From positions 64,418,001-64,482,000 of the forward strand of contig OX597824.1 in assembly GCA_951406725.2 (NCBI GenBank): a DNA stretch of 64,000 nucleotides, given 5' to 3'. A model generated the notes under the pieces. That model worked only from the letters and a program-made list of their open reading frames with translations, was not told the origin of the DNA and did no database searches. This stretch comes from Octopus vulgaris. Its lineage: Eukaryota. Each line of letters begins with the position of its first letter. Position 1 is the first letter of the stretch. The position numbers and the translations under genes are program-made. Of this stretch, positions 13,218-26,744 are shown in pieces.

Positions 13218-13669
13218 TATAGGGGAGAATTCACAAAAAACAAAAAATGAAGACAGGTGGTGTAGACAACAAACAGATGTATTAGTTTAACGCTTGGGAA
13301 GTGAAAAAAGTCTTTAATGTTTCGAGCCTACGCTCTTCCACAGAAAGGAACACAGAAAGAAACAAGGAGTGAAAATAAAGAATGTGTAGTGGCTAGCGAT
13401 CTATCATGGTGAATGCCAGACAGAAGGGTCACACAGGAGAGCTAGGAAGAAGGGGAGATAATAAAGTAGTGGTGATCCCAAAACGAAGGTGCACGTGCAT
13501 GTGTATAAGAGTGTATGTATGTGCATGTGGAAGAGGGCTGGTGACCTTCATGTGTGCATGTGTGTATGTGTAGGTGTGAAAATGTGGGGCTGGGAAGTGA
13601 TCAGTGCTAGTATATGCGTGGTGGTGTGATGTGATGTGTTGTGTGACATATATATATATATATATATAA

Positions 13670-13890
13670 TAAATATTAGGGAATAAATCCAAATTTACAG
13701 GGAAAAAATCAGATTTAGGATTAAATCCAATTTTATAGTAAAATATTATATAATATTATTAGAGACAAAACCACTATTTTGCAAAACAAACAAGGAAAGA
13801 CTTAATCAATACATAAAATTTTAATAAAAAGTCAAAAAAACCGCCACTACAATTGTTTCTTGTCCTGATCGACAATCTTCAGGTGGACTT
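13670..13890 (-). mobile_element. Penelope-like pseudo-LTR fragment carrying a hammerhead
   Basis: Contains the HHR; its ttagagacaaaaccacta... segment is homologous to 36141-36215 and 29307-29328. Confidence 0.6.
13844..13886 (-). ncRNA. Minimal type I hammerhead ribozyme
   Basis: CCAC-CUGAAGA-UUGUC(gaucag)GACAA-GAAAC-AAUU-GUA/GUGG: intact core, 4-bp stem I, 5-bp stem II, palindromic stem III. Confidence 0.8.
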
Positions 13891-14339
13891 CCAATCTTAG
13901 GAATGGGAATCCAGGTTCGAAATTTCCCCAAGACACCTGAAGATGGCTGGAGGGTATATCAGCTGAAATGCTGGCAGTTTGTCTGTCTTTAAGTTCTGAG
14001 TTCAAATTCGTCCAAGATCGACTCTGCTTTTCGTCCTTCCAGGGTCAAACTGACTGAGTAACCCCTCTCTTCCTTTAAAATTTCAGGCCTTGTACAAAGT
14101 GCTGAATCGTTGTTATGTCAATTGAAATATTAAAAATCCGAAGGGAATAGAAATCTTCTGCGTTGATATTGCATGGTTTATGATGCCCGGGGAAACACTA
14201 GTCACTCGCATTGATATAAAGAAATCGCCATTAAAGAAAATATGGAGGATCTTTTCGGTTTGAAACATAATTTCTAGTCTCTCGCACTGAAAGGGAATAT
14301 CCACATAATGCAATGCTCTTAGATGAATTCTAAGAAGAA

Positions 14340-17000
14340 TAAAACATGACCAATCTTGTTAGAGCCATTGTCTTGGTGTGGTTGAGTCTTCTTCTCAACA
14401 AGGTTTTGTCAGCTCTTGAGATCAATCTTCACCACTTCATCCCATCTTTTTCTCATTCTCTTTTGTCACAGTTTCTATCCAGCTAGAATAACTGTTACTT
14501 TTTTACACAACTAATAACCTCTAACTGTATCAAATGATCATACAAGCAATGTCTTCACTCTTACATATTGCTACAATGCTGTCAGAACATCTGCCTTCCC
14601 TGTTGAGTCAGTCACTTTGGCACAAAAGCTTTCAACTACTTCAAAGTAAATGTCTGAATATTTGAAAGAATCTACTTCATGTTTCTTCTTCCAACTAACT
14701 GTTCCACTTCATCTAACATATATAAAGTCTACTTTTAATATCAGCCTACATTTGATCCCATAACACTTCTTGCATATCCATAATTTACACTTACATGTTA
14801 ATGAAAATCCTACTATTTCCTGCATATTGAGCATGGTCACTACCTCTTCCAATTTTGTAATTTCTTCAGTAAATATTTGACAGATTCAACTGTGAGAACT
14901 TGGTTTTCAGCATATAGGAGTTACCACAAACAGCTGGTCTTAAATTCCTTTTATGGCTTGGAGATTTATAGTAAACACAAGAGAGCAAAGAGCTCAGTCT
15001 TGATGGATGCCAACCTGTCTTCAACATTTGTTGCAGAACACATTTGCTAACTCTCACCTCGTTGAAGATACTTCTGTACATGGCTTGCCTGGCCTTCACA
15101 AATCATTCACCTACTCTTAGTTTCACTTACAACCACCCGGCTAGAGCATAGAACCCCATCAAAGACCTTCTCCAATTCAAAAAATGCTATTTAGAGTGGA
15201 TTACATCTAGCTAATTACTTTTGCAGTTGTTACTCCAGGAACAAGGCACCATAGTACTTTTTCCTAGCACAAAGCCAACAATATCAAGTAGCTAGAAGTG
15301 TTAGGCACAGACGTGACTGTGTGGTAAGAAGCTTGCTTTCCAACCTTAGGGTTCTGGGTTCAGTCCCACTGTGTGGCACTTTGGGCAAGTGTCTTCTGCT
15401 ATAGCCTCAGGCCAACCAAAGCTTTGAGTGAATTTGGTAGGATATATTTTCTATATATTTATCTATGTGTGTGCATGTCTGTGTTTGTCCTCCACCACTG
15501 CTTGACAAAAGTTGAAAGTAAGAGATTTGCTAATGTGATGAGAAGATCAGAGGTTAATCATCTCCCTAATCAGTTATGTTATATAACTCTTAGAGTAACT
15601 TTCATAATCTGGTCCATCAACTCGATGCCTCTGGAGCTTCTTCTTCCTGGTGCATCTCCTTTCCTGTTGTAGTTGATGATAATTCTGTTACAGAACAAGA
15701 TACCTGTACTACATATGAGACTGACCAGCATGTAATCAAACTTGTCAGATATTTTCAATCTCTCAGTTGCTATACCTAAGGTTCAGTTGCCTTCCCCACT
15801 TTCATATCTTTATTTGTAATTTCAACCATACAACTGTCAACTTCACTAACTGGCTACCTTGTTGAGGTATTTTCTCTCCCATGCATTTTCCTCATTCAAC
15901 AACCTCAAGTAGTGACATTTCCATGCTTCTTTCTTTTTAGCATCAGTGAAGGCATGCGTGTCATTCCCATTCCAAATACTCTTTTCTCTGAATGATGTTT
16001 TGTTCCACAACAAACCACTGCTTTACCATCCAGAACACCTCACTCCTCTGATCGTCTCATCACATTAGTAAATCTTACTTTCAGCTTTTGTCAAGCAGTG
16101 GTGGAGGACAATCATAGACATGCACACACAAAGATAAGTATATAGAAGCACACACACACATTACAGGCTTCTTTCCATTTCCTCCAACCAAATTCACTCA
16201 TAAAGCTTTGGTTGGCCCGAGGCTATAGTAGAAGACACTTGCCCAAAGTGCCACACAGTGGGACTGAACCCAGAGCCATAAGGTTGGAAAGCAAGCTTCT
16301 TACCACACAGTCACGCCTGTGCTTAACACTTCTTCTAGCTACTTGATATTGTCCCTTTTCTTGTCTGTCTTCCAATCTCTCCAGCCATTACATCACCTTA
16401 CCACTTTCCAAATATCTGGAACCTTGCACCAACTACAGATCTGGTCTGTTGTTCAAAATAGGTTGTCTCACAAAAACTCCAAGTTGCCCCTCTATGTTAT
16501 CAATCACCACCTCCTCTCATTTGTCATATACATCAGCTAGTACTTCTCTAAACCTGTCTAGTTAAGGGGTCTTGCAGCTTCCATATCTGTCTTCACCAGA
16601 TTATGATGTCATTCACTTTGCCTAGCTCTTAAGTCACTGATCAATAACCTGTATTTGATAGTATTTTCTTCACTGTAGAAAGCCCCCCCCCCCATTGTCC
16701 ACAAACTTGTTTTGCTTCCTGGGCAGTATGTAATCTAGTTGCTATGCAAGTCAACTTCATTCATAGATAATCAGGTGACTGGCCAGTTTCCTGTAGTACT
16801 GCAAATTGTCACTTACATCTCAGAATGCCAAGAACCTGATACCTACTTATTCTTCACACTGTGTCTGTAGTTTCCATGTATGCCAGAGTAACAATCATGG
16901 TGTTGCCTAACATATCCATTAAAGTTACTAGCCAAGGTAATGAAATTATCGTCATTTGTTATTGAGATAACAATGAAAGGTTTCATAAAAATCTGTCTCT
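14340..17000 (-). mobile_element. Heavily decayed RTE LINE
   Basis: Collinear nucleotide similarity to 50600-52800 (e.g. 15160-15277 vs 51730-51852; 15555-15632 vs 51872-51949). Confidence 0.65.
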
Positions 17001-17313
17001 TCGTCCATCTGTCAGTCCAGTTTGTGACAATCATTCAGAGATCACTGCTGCTGTCACATTGCCTAATTACTTTCTTTATTCTTTTCTATACCAACAATAT
17101 GTCTAGTATTTCACTGCATTGCTGCTACTCACCCAGAAAGATTCATACCTGTGTTCAGACACAGGCATGACTGAGTGGGTAAGAAGTTTGCTTCCTAACC
17201 AAATGGTTTCAGGTTCAGTCTCACTGCATGGCATCTTGGCTGAGTGACTTCTTCTTTAACCCCTGGCTGACCAAAGCCTTGTAAGTAGACAGAAATTATA
17301 AAGAAATCCATAT

Positions 17314-17398
<85 letters not shown>

Positions 17399-19007
17399 GT
17401 CATTTATAAAGCATGTCTAGCCATAGGGAAATATGACCTTCCTTAGAAACAGGTGAGGGTTGAAAGCAGGAAGGGCATCCAGCTGTAGAAAATCTGCCCC
17501 AATAAACCCTGCCCAGTTCATGCATGCATGAAAAAGTTAATGTTAAAACAATACCAACTCCAATGCTTTGTTTGTTTCCTGCATCTGAAAGGAAGAGTTC
17601 ATACTTTTTTCATGTAAATTTTGGAATAGAAAATGTGAAGCTTTTCAGTGAGGCAGAAGTTGCAGTATTTTTAACAATTCATCAATGCCTATGCATCATC
17701 TGGTTTCTGTATATGTATGTTTATAACCACATTTTGTTGGCACTTTTGTCAGTAAACCCTGCCTGCCAACCTTGTACTACCACTTTACAACACTTGTATC
17801 ACCAATGTCTGTTTTCCATACTGTTATGGCTTAATTAGTTTGACAGGATCCAGTGAGCTATAAGACTGTATCAAGATCCACTGTCAGCTTTAGAATGGCT
17901 TCAACAGCTGAGGACCCTTCCTAATGCCAACCACTTTACTGTGTATACTAGATGTTTGAATCATGCCACAGATAGAGAGGTTGTCAAGTAACTTGCAAGA
18001 CAAGGAATAAAAAGGAAATATTCCTGTAAATAAATGGGGGCAGGTATTTATGAGAGGGAGAGGTGGCTTTAAGCCAGGTGTTGAAGGACTAAAGTTAGGA
18101 CAAGAGGTTCAAGCACAGGTGTATAGCTATAGAGGGGATACACAGCTACCCATCATTATATAAGGGTAGATAGAAGTAGCTCAATAGGAAATAAATATGT
18201 TGGTGGAGTGCCAGAATGACCCCTCAAAGTTCAATAAGATAATAATGAAAGAATACAGTGTATTAAGGGAGCAAAAAGAGCCAGTAATTTCATAAGAGTG
18301 TGAGAGGAGAGTAACAAATTATTAAAAATGAGAATAGAGGTGAATGTAGTGAGTGATGAACAAGGGTGAAGATATAGCTGAGAGAAAATATCAGTATGGA
18401 GAGAGGTTAAGGCAAGAGAGATAAAAGTGGCCTGGGAAAATGGAGGTGACAAGTGGAAACCTGCAGATAGATCAGAAAGGAGGAAGATGAGGTACAGGGT
18501 GTAAGAATGGGGGAGGGGGAGATATCCACTGAAAGAGATGGCGGTCAGAGGGTCATGAGAGTGAGTAGAGCTACAATAGTAGGGAATATCGATGGTGGAT
18601 ATGGGAAGACATTGAGAATGATAGCAAATATGAAAGTTGTTAAAGATGTAACTCAGAAAGGGAGTATCAATTCTGCCCATGAGTGATAACATCAGCTATG
18701 TAGTGCAACAGAAGAGTGATGGAGAGACAGATGTCAGGAAGATGAGATGAGATTGATGGAACAGACTGGATTCAGGGGCAGGGTCCAGCATGTGTAGGCT
18801 TTTAGGACCTCAATTTCACTGTGACAGATATGTGTTTTCACAAGCACAGCTAATTACCAATCATCTTGAGCCTTTGTCACCTTCTCTTCATGAATCTCAA
18901 CATCTTGAGATCAGCCTTCATCCCATGTCTTCCTAGATCTCCTTCTCTTTCCTTGCATAAGAAAGTTAAATATTTTCAACAAATTGAACAATGTAAAAAA
19001 CTATCAC

Positions 19008-19013
19008 TTTATT
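19008..19013 (-). terminator. Candidate ACAA2 polyadenylation signal
   Basis: AATAAA about 85 nt after the stop, followed by a T/GT-rich tract. Confidence 0.55.
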
Positions 19014-19097
19014 CAAGTAATATGTACATATGTCAAGTAAAAAACATTATTAGAAAGTATGGATGGTCTCATTAGAAATTCTAAAAACAACGGCTTA

Positions 19098-19179
19098 TTA
19101 CAGATTCTCTGTAATAACAGCAATACCTTGTCCTCCACCAATGCATGCTGAACCAAGGGCCAGTTTGCCACCTGTACGT
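19098..19179 (-). CDS. ACAA2: ACAA2 exon 11 (last; CxGGGxG motif)
   Basis: tttcag|(K)RTGGKLALGSACIGGGQGIAVITENL TAA TAA; the exon lengths sum to 1197 nt = 398 aa + stop. Confidence 0.97.
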
Positions 19180-19994
19180 CTGAAATAGAAAATGTATCAA
19201 ATAATTCAATCACAAAGTAATTTTAATTAACTGAAAAAAATTTTTTAATTGCTGAAAGCAATACTTTCGACCTAATAAAGAGTTAAACAACTTGGCCTCG
19301 TTCAACAGCAATACTTACTTAGATCTGTCTTGAACCCTAGGACTTAAAAGGTCAGAGCTTAACTCGATACTATGGCATATAAGAGACTGAGATTACAACT
19401 CCAGCAAACCCCTACAACAGGATGCCAGTCTATGCAGAGTTAACTTCACAGCTATTGCTGAAATTTATTTACAGCTGAGTGGACAGGGCCAACATGAAAT
19501 TAAGTGTTTTACTAGATGAAGAACCAAAATAACAAGCTGATGATCATGAGTGCAACACTAACTACTGGACCATAATAAATACATATATCAAAGAAGTAAG
19601 TTTGTACCTCATCTCTCTTCATAAACATTAAACAACTAAAACCTTTAAAGTCACAACAAATGCTAAGTTTCACAACCTCTGATTGTGACATATTTATAAA
19701 ACGGCAAAACTTTATAGCAAAGACTGATTCTTCTTTAGGAACAAAAGATACTTCAGCTCTGATCCCTTGTTAAGGTCCTTAACTATGTTAAGCAATTTGT
19801 TCATTATTGAATCACAAGGATACATGGGACTGACTATTGTAGATCCAGTTTTCTATGGTGTTAAGCAGATGGGAGTTATATCTCCCCTGGATTAGGCTCT
19901 AAATACAAAATTATCACTGAAGTAAACTGGCCAAGTGAAGCCAACTGACCAACTATTTGCAACAGTGGACTATGTTATAGACTACAACTTAGCA

Positions 19995-21000
19995 GATCAA
20001 ATATGTCTTGACTAGTCTGGCTGTCGATCAAATATGTCTTGACTAGTCTGGCTGTCGATTAAATATGTCTTGACTAATCTGGCTGTCAATCAAATATGTC
20101 TTGACTAGTTTGGCTGTCGATCAGATATGCCTTGACTAGTCTGGCTGTCGATCAAATATGTCTTGACTAATCTGGCTGTCGATCAAATATGTCTTGACTA
20201 GTCTGGCTGACGATCAAATATGGCTCAATTAGTCTGGCTGTCAGTCAAATATGGTTCGACTAGTCTGGCTGTCAGTCAAATATGGTTCAACTAGTCTGGC
20301 TGTCAGTCAAATATGGCTCGACTAGTCTGGTTGTCAGTCAAATATGGCTCGACTAGTCAGGCTGTCAATCAAATATGGCTCAACTAGTCTGGCTGTCAAT
20401 CAAATATGGCTCAACTAGTCTGGTTGTCCATCAAATATGGCTCGACTAGTCTGGTTGTCCCTCAAATATGACTCAACTAGTCTGGCTTAACTAGTTCGAA
20501 TGCTGATAAAATATGGCTCGACTAGTTTGAATGCTGATCAAATATGGCTCGACTAGTTCGAATGCTGATCAAATCTCTCTCAACTGGTGTGGCTGTTGAT
20601 CAAATCTCTCTCAACTAGCCTGACTGTTGATCAAATCTCTCTCAACTAGCCTGACTGTTGATCAAATCTCTCTCAACTAGCCTGACTGTTGATCAAATCT
20701 CTCTCAACTAGCTTGGCTGTTGATCAAATCTCTCTCAACTAGCCTAGCTGTTGATCAAATCTCTCTCAACTAGCAAGGCTGTTGATCAAATCTCTCTTGA
20801 CTAGCCTGCCTATTGATCAAATCTCTCTTGACTAGCCTGCCTATTGATCGAATCTCTCTCAACTAGCCTGGCTGTTGATCAAATCTCTCTCAACTAGTCT
20901 GGTTAGTGATCAAATCTGTCTGATTAATGATCAAATCTGTCTGACTGTTGATCATATCTGTCTCAGTTAGTCTGGCTGTTGATCAAATCCGACTTAACTA
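19995..21000. repeat. 31-bp minisatellite, about 32 units, in the last ACAA2 intron
   Basis: Unit gatcaaatatgtcttgactagtctggctgtc with block-wise variants. Confidence 0.95.
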
Positions 21001-22473
21001 ACCTGGTATCTGATATTCAGTCAAGACAACGCCAGTATTGAAGAATGTAACCTTGCTGATTAATAGTTTAGCTTTATTAGCCTAAACTTATAAACACATC
21101 AAAGCAAACAAGCCAAAAGCTTGTACAAAGAGACCCAGGAGATTACTCTCTTCTTCATAAAAAACCCAAAAGGTTCAACTAGAGCATAAATTTGATGCCT
21201 GAGAAAAAATAGAAACATATCAACAAAGGAGCTTCTACACAGTTGCTTCACCTGCTAGAAATGATAATCATAATTCACTTAAATCATACATTAGTGCCTT
21301 AAAAGAAGAATACATTGGATAATGTTATCCAACAGACACTCTGCCTGAAAAAAAAAAGAGGAAATGGCCACAACTTGAGTGATTTGTCATGAGCCAGCTA
21401 GATGAGGACTGACTTAGGGCTTAACAGCAACATTTGTAATGTCATCCCATGATGCAGAAGAAAACCTAATCCCTCCCCCATCTCAGCATTCCCCACCATC
21501 ACCTCCATTCAGTATTGCACTTGAATGGGAACAAATGGGAAACTTTCACACCATCTGGTCTCCACCCACTGAGAGCCAAAGTGGTATGAAAGGGAAAGAC
21601 GATCCACAAGAAACAAATTAGATTTTATAAAACATTTTGTACAGCATTCAATTATCTGCACCAGTTCACCACCTATAAAAATTAAGTGAGCATAATATGA
21701 GTATAGGGGTGTGTCAACATTAACACCACTACCATTATTTCATATCTACTTTCCATTTAGGTGTGGGTGTGTATTTGCAGCTTCATATATATATACATAT
21801 ACACACACACTCACACACATACATGTAATTTCTTCAAAGCAACCTTCCCAAGTTATTATTTGCCCTAAAATACTCGTTTCTTTTTTTTTTTTTACTTCTC
21901 CAGGCTTCAGTCCTAAATACCTTTATATTTGCTTCCTTTTATTCTCTGCCTTACTGATAACCTTTGTTTTTGTTTATTTTTTGTATTTTTCATACTCATA
22001 TTTAGGTCTTTCTTGCCACTTAGCTCTTTTACAAAATCAACAATTTCTTGCAATTTTTCATTGCTGCCTACCAATAACTTTCTATCATCAGCATATCTTA
22101 TATTGTGTATATATTAGTGACAGAGGCACTATTAATACCAAGGGGTAATTAGGCTGACATACAATTATAATTTATCATCAAATTATCCATGGTGGTCAAA
22201 CTATATTTCCAAAGCTACTCATCATATGAGAGGTGAAATTCTAGAATATAAGTAAAAGAATAAAAGAAAGAATATATAGATGTGGCTGTGTAGTAAGAAG
22301 CTTGCTTCACAGCCCCATGGTTTAGGGTTCAGTCCCACTGTGTGGCACCTTGGGAGTGGATTTGGTAGACGAAAACTGAAAGAAGCTTGTCATATATATA
22401 TATCTTTTGTGGAAAACATAATCCCGTAAAGAAGCACACTCTAAGATGTAGAGCAGTATAAGTTTTATTTTTA

Positions 22474-23045
22474 TTGGAGAAGGACTGTTTATGAGATTAC
22501 CCTAAGTTTCCCGTCCATAAATTGTTTAACTTTATGACATATCGTCAAACCCCAAAACCTGTTGGCCTAAGACTTCTTCAAATTATGGAGGGGGAATGCC
22601 TTGTTACAAATGTAAACAAGGGGATTATCTCCCTTTACCACTGGCCATCGACTATCGATTCCTAAATGACTCACTCGAGCCAAGGAGCATCCTTAATTCC
22701 AGGACGGAGATCTTCGGGTTACGTTTGCATTTTAGGAAATTCCTGTTAGTGGCTTGGAATTCGCAAGATGGTGGCACAGTCAGAAGTTGATAGCCAATGG
22801 CGAAGGGAAGGTAATCCCCTATTGTATGCCTTAGTAACTTTTTGAAAACCACAAGATGACGGCGCAGCCAAGAGTTGATAGTCGATGGTCAATGGCAAAG
22901 GGACATAATCCCCTTGTTTACATTCGTAACGAGGTCTTTCCTCCTCCAAGTTTTGAAGAGGTCATAGGCCAACAGGTTATGGGGTCTGATGATATGCCAT
23001 AAAGTTAAACCCTTTCAGGGTAATCCCATAAACCGGCCTTCCCAA
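22474..23045. mobile_element. Foldback/MITE-like element with ~180-bp imperfect inverted arms
   Basis: aacctgttggccta...gtaaacaaggggattat...ccatcgactatc mirrored by gatagtcgatgg...ataatccccttgtttac...taggccaacaggtt; sits inside a SINE-B copy. Confidence 0.8.
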
Positions 23046-23062
23046 GCAATGAAGGGGGACAA

Positions 23063-23117
<55 letters not shown>

Positions 23118-25706
23118 ATTACGATATATATTTGTGTGTATGTGTCTGCGTTTGTCCCCACCATTGCTTGTCAACTGGTGTTAGTGTGTTTGCGTCCCCA
23201 TAACTTGGCAGTTCGGCAAAGAAGACCAATAGGATAAGTACCAGCCTTAAAAAATAAGTACTGGGGTCAATTCATTCGACTAAAAATTGAAGGTAAGTGT
23301 CCCAACATGGCCACTGTCTAATGACTGAAATAAGTAAAAGTTATATCTCTTCTCTGTCACGTGACTGCTGGCCGAAATCTGCCTTTCAGCTTCTCACCAA
23401 CGTCGTGTTAACATCGTTGTTTTTCGTCCGCCGCTATAGGCATTGCCGATAAGGCTCCTTTCCAATGCGCCAGAGAAAAAATTTGTTTGCTTGTTATCAG
23501 TCGTAAGACACTTGTTGTTGTTTTCACCGTTAATGCTTCTGTATTTCATGTTTCTGTATTCCATTATTGTTTTTTGTTTTTTTATATTCGTCCCTTTTGC
23601 TGTCCTGGTGTCCGTATGCATTCGATCCTTCTTCCAGGAAATCTACGCTCCCAGCTTAGTTTTTCTAATGCTCGTTGCTTAGTTTTTCTTGGAGGGCTGG
23701 CCGTGATCTAGTAATCTCAAGATTAATCAGCCGAAATTGCTACGATGATCCGGTTCTTGACTGAAGACTGAGGGTTTCGAATGTCCTGTCCGTGTTTATT
23801 GTATCGTCTTCTAAGAGTTATACGTTCTTGTCCATGTTGTATTTTTCTACATACCTTAATATATATATATATATATAATCTTTTACTTGTATCAAACTGT
23901 GGCCATGCTGGAGCATTGCCTTGAAGAAATTTTAGTTGAATGAATTGACCCCAGTACTTTTTTTTTAAGCCTGATACTAATTCTATCAGTTCTCTATACT
24001 GAACTGCTAAGTTATGGGGAGGTAAACACACCAGCACTGGTCGGCAGTAGTGGAGGACAAACACACACACACACATGTACATGCACGCATAAATATTGGA
24101 ATGATCAGTACCTCACAATGGTTAACGGTTTTATCCCAGGTGGTAATCTTATGACTAAGGATTTTAGTCACTGAGAAGCCTGTAATTTTCCAATGTCTAC
24201 AACAGAATATCTTTCCTTTCATCACTGGGTCCTCTGGAACTTCCCTGCTCATTTTCTTTGCTGCAGATGTTGACTGGGACTAGCTCAAGAGGAACTTTAA
24301 CTGCATCAATTCACTAATTTGACAAAGGCTATGGGCACTGCCCCTTCCACCACTAATTAAAAGAAGGGGGGGGAGATTCACTATACATTGGAAAGTGTCT
24401 AGACAGATTGCAGTGTTGATTTCAACACTTCTTCCTTCATCAGGAGATGGGTAAAGTATGTAACCAGCAAACCACCATTAAAAACACATAGTAGTTAAGT
24501 TATAGCTAACACATTTAATGAAGTAAACATCAAAAATCTAATTACAAATAATTATCTGATGAGCATAAGACAGTAGCTGAATAACTTATTATATTTTTAA
24601 ATCATCAAGTAGGGGAGATAACGCCACACATGTGTCAGTCATATAAGCCCTTTTCAGCAAAAACAGACAACATTATAATTAGCATATTTTAAATTAGCAT
24701 AATAAAAAAAATGATTTATTGAAATTTATTTACTGAGATACTAAAAATATGAAAAACATTAACTTGTCATATTTAATAGAGAGAAAAAAACCAGAGTTAT
24801 TTCCCATACTTGCCAAAATTATTAAAATTTGTTAATCAATGAGTTGTCATTTCCTCATCACATAAACATTTCTAATTGTATTTTTAGTCTTCACTTTATT
24901 ATGTTAACAGTAATGTTAACATGTTAACACTAATAAATTAGAAGTGTATGTACTGTGAGGTGCTTAGTGAGAGAAAAGAAGAATGAAGAAACTTGTACAT
25001 CTAATCTAACAATATTTTGTATTCTTCACTCACTTTCTCTTTGGCCATTATAATATTAGATATTAACCTTTTAAGTGAGATACTAACAGCACTTAATGAC
25101 TATTTGAATATCCTTCTTGTGAAAGATATTCAAGAAGTCATTCTTCCCATCTTTGTTCTGCTTCTCCCCATCTTTGATCTGCATTTCACCAGAAGCTTCC
25201 ATACTAAATTTTATAAGTAGTCTTTCCAGTCCAGAGACTTCTTAACTGAAGAAACCCCTTCCATGAAGAGCTCCATCTATGTCACCTAACAAAATATTCA
25301 CCTGAACTCCTCAAAGTCCATATCAATCCTGATGCCAATTACACATAGTGATGACCCACCTTCTAAATATCTAAGCAGGGTCCTTAACTCTTGCCACCAA
25401 CTTGCTTGAGACCACTTCAGGTTCTATGGTACAAAATTCATATTTTAAAATGATGTAAGTTAAAAAGTTCCATTAAAATTTTATTGGTAATTTCTTCCAA
25501 GTACCAGCTTAACAATAACAAAATTATTTTACTAAATTCTTCATTATTTTTAGAAATAATTGAAATCAAGTCAGTATGTTTCTACAAAAATATGACAACA
25601 AAAAAATTAAAGAATAGGAATAATAGTTGTCTTTCTCAGACACAGCAACATAATACAGAAATTTAAAAATAGGAAAAGAAATCAATGGCTTTGTTGAGGA
25701 ACTTAC

Positions 25707-25861
25707 TTAATTTCATGGACAAGATGTCCAGTTATTCTAGCTCCGGAAGCAGCCAATGGATGTCCAAGAGCAATAGCACCACCATTTGTGTTTGTCCTGG
25801 CAGGATCAAGTTCAAGTTCTTTTTCCACAGCTAAATATTGAGCTCCAAAAGCTTCATTAAC
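25707..25861 (-). CDS. ACAA2: ACAA2 exon 10 (NEAF and GHP motifs)
   Basis: [51 protein letters not shown]+AA|gtaagt; 155 nt. Confidence 0.97.
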
Positions 25862-26629
25862 CTAAAATCAAATTTAAAATTATTATACCAAACATTGCTA
25901 TAGTTGTTACTATTATTGTTGATGTTCCCAGTTATGTTGTATATCTTATTTAGGATAAATTATTTTGCGTTGATATTACATTATAGGTGAAACTCATTAA
26001 GTTACAGAGTACTCAAACATAAATATAATTTATAGAAAAGCAATGAGGTTGCCACAAAGTCTCCATTTCTCTGGAAGAAAGTAAGCTCATTACTTTTCCC
26101 ACAACTTATCTCACCGAATTTGGTTTTATGCAGCTAATCCAATATGGAAAGATAAGAAACTACAGTGATATCTCAACAAAAGATGATTGCTTTTCACTAA
26201 CAATGCTACAATTGGAATAACTGGTGTGTTTCCATTGCCACAAGTCTCATTGATACAGAATAAAGTGCCAATCATAAGAATATTTTTTGTTACAAAATAA
26301 TTTGTTTCTATGGGTATTTTTTTAATGAAGTACATATTTTTTAAAGTTAATTTTCACCAATTTTTATAGCTTCTACTTCTTTTGTATCACCTTGTAAGTT
26401 TTATATATATATATATAAAACTTTCTTCATAAATACACAATTTAATCTGCATAGAAATGGCTGCTTTTTAAGTTATGACAAACAGTTCAATTTTACTACA
26501 AGGTAAAATAGTGTAAGAATTTTATAACTAATAGCATCTATGAAGGGACCAGAAAGGGAAGTTAGGTTCAAAAGTGGTACATAAACAACAAAGAAATGGC
26601 TGAGAACCACTGATCTACAATATACTTAC

Positions 26630-26727
26630 TTCTATAAGGTCCATATCATGCATATTTTTCCCAGCAACTTTCAGTGCTGCTCGTGCAGCGGGAGCTGGAC
26701 CAATACCCATTATTGTTGGATCACAAC
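26630..26727 (-). CDS. ACAA2: ACAA2 exon 9
   Basis: (G)CDPTIMGIGPAPAARAALKVAGKNMHDMDLIE|gtaagt; 98 nt. Confidence 0.96.
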
Positions 26728-26744
26728 CTGGAAAAGATTTCAGA

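Noticed and set aside
19995-21000. CRISPR-like array
   Set aside because: Contiguous tandem units with no unique spacers, no cas genes, eukaryotic intron
23690-23790. Possible permuted hammerhead (cagccGAAA...CTGAAGActga)
   Set aside because: Consistent stems I and II could not be built by eye
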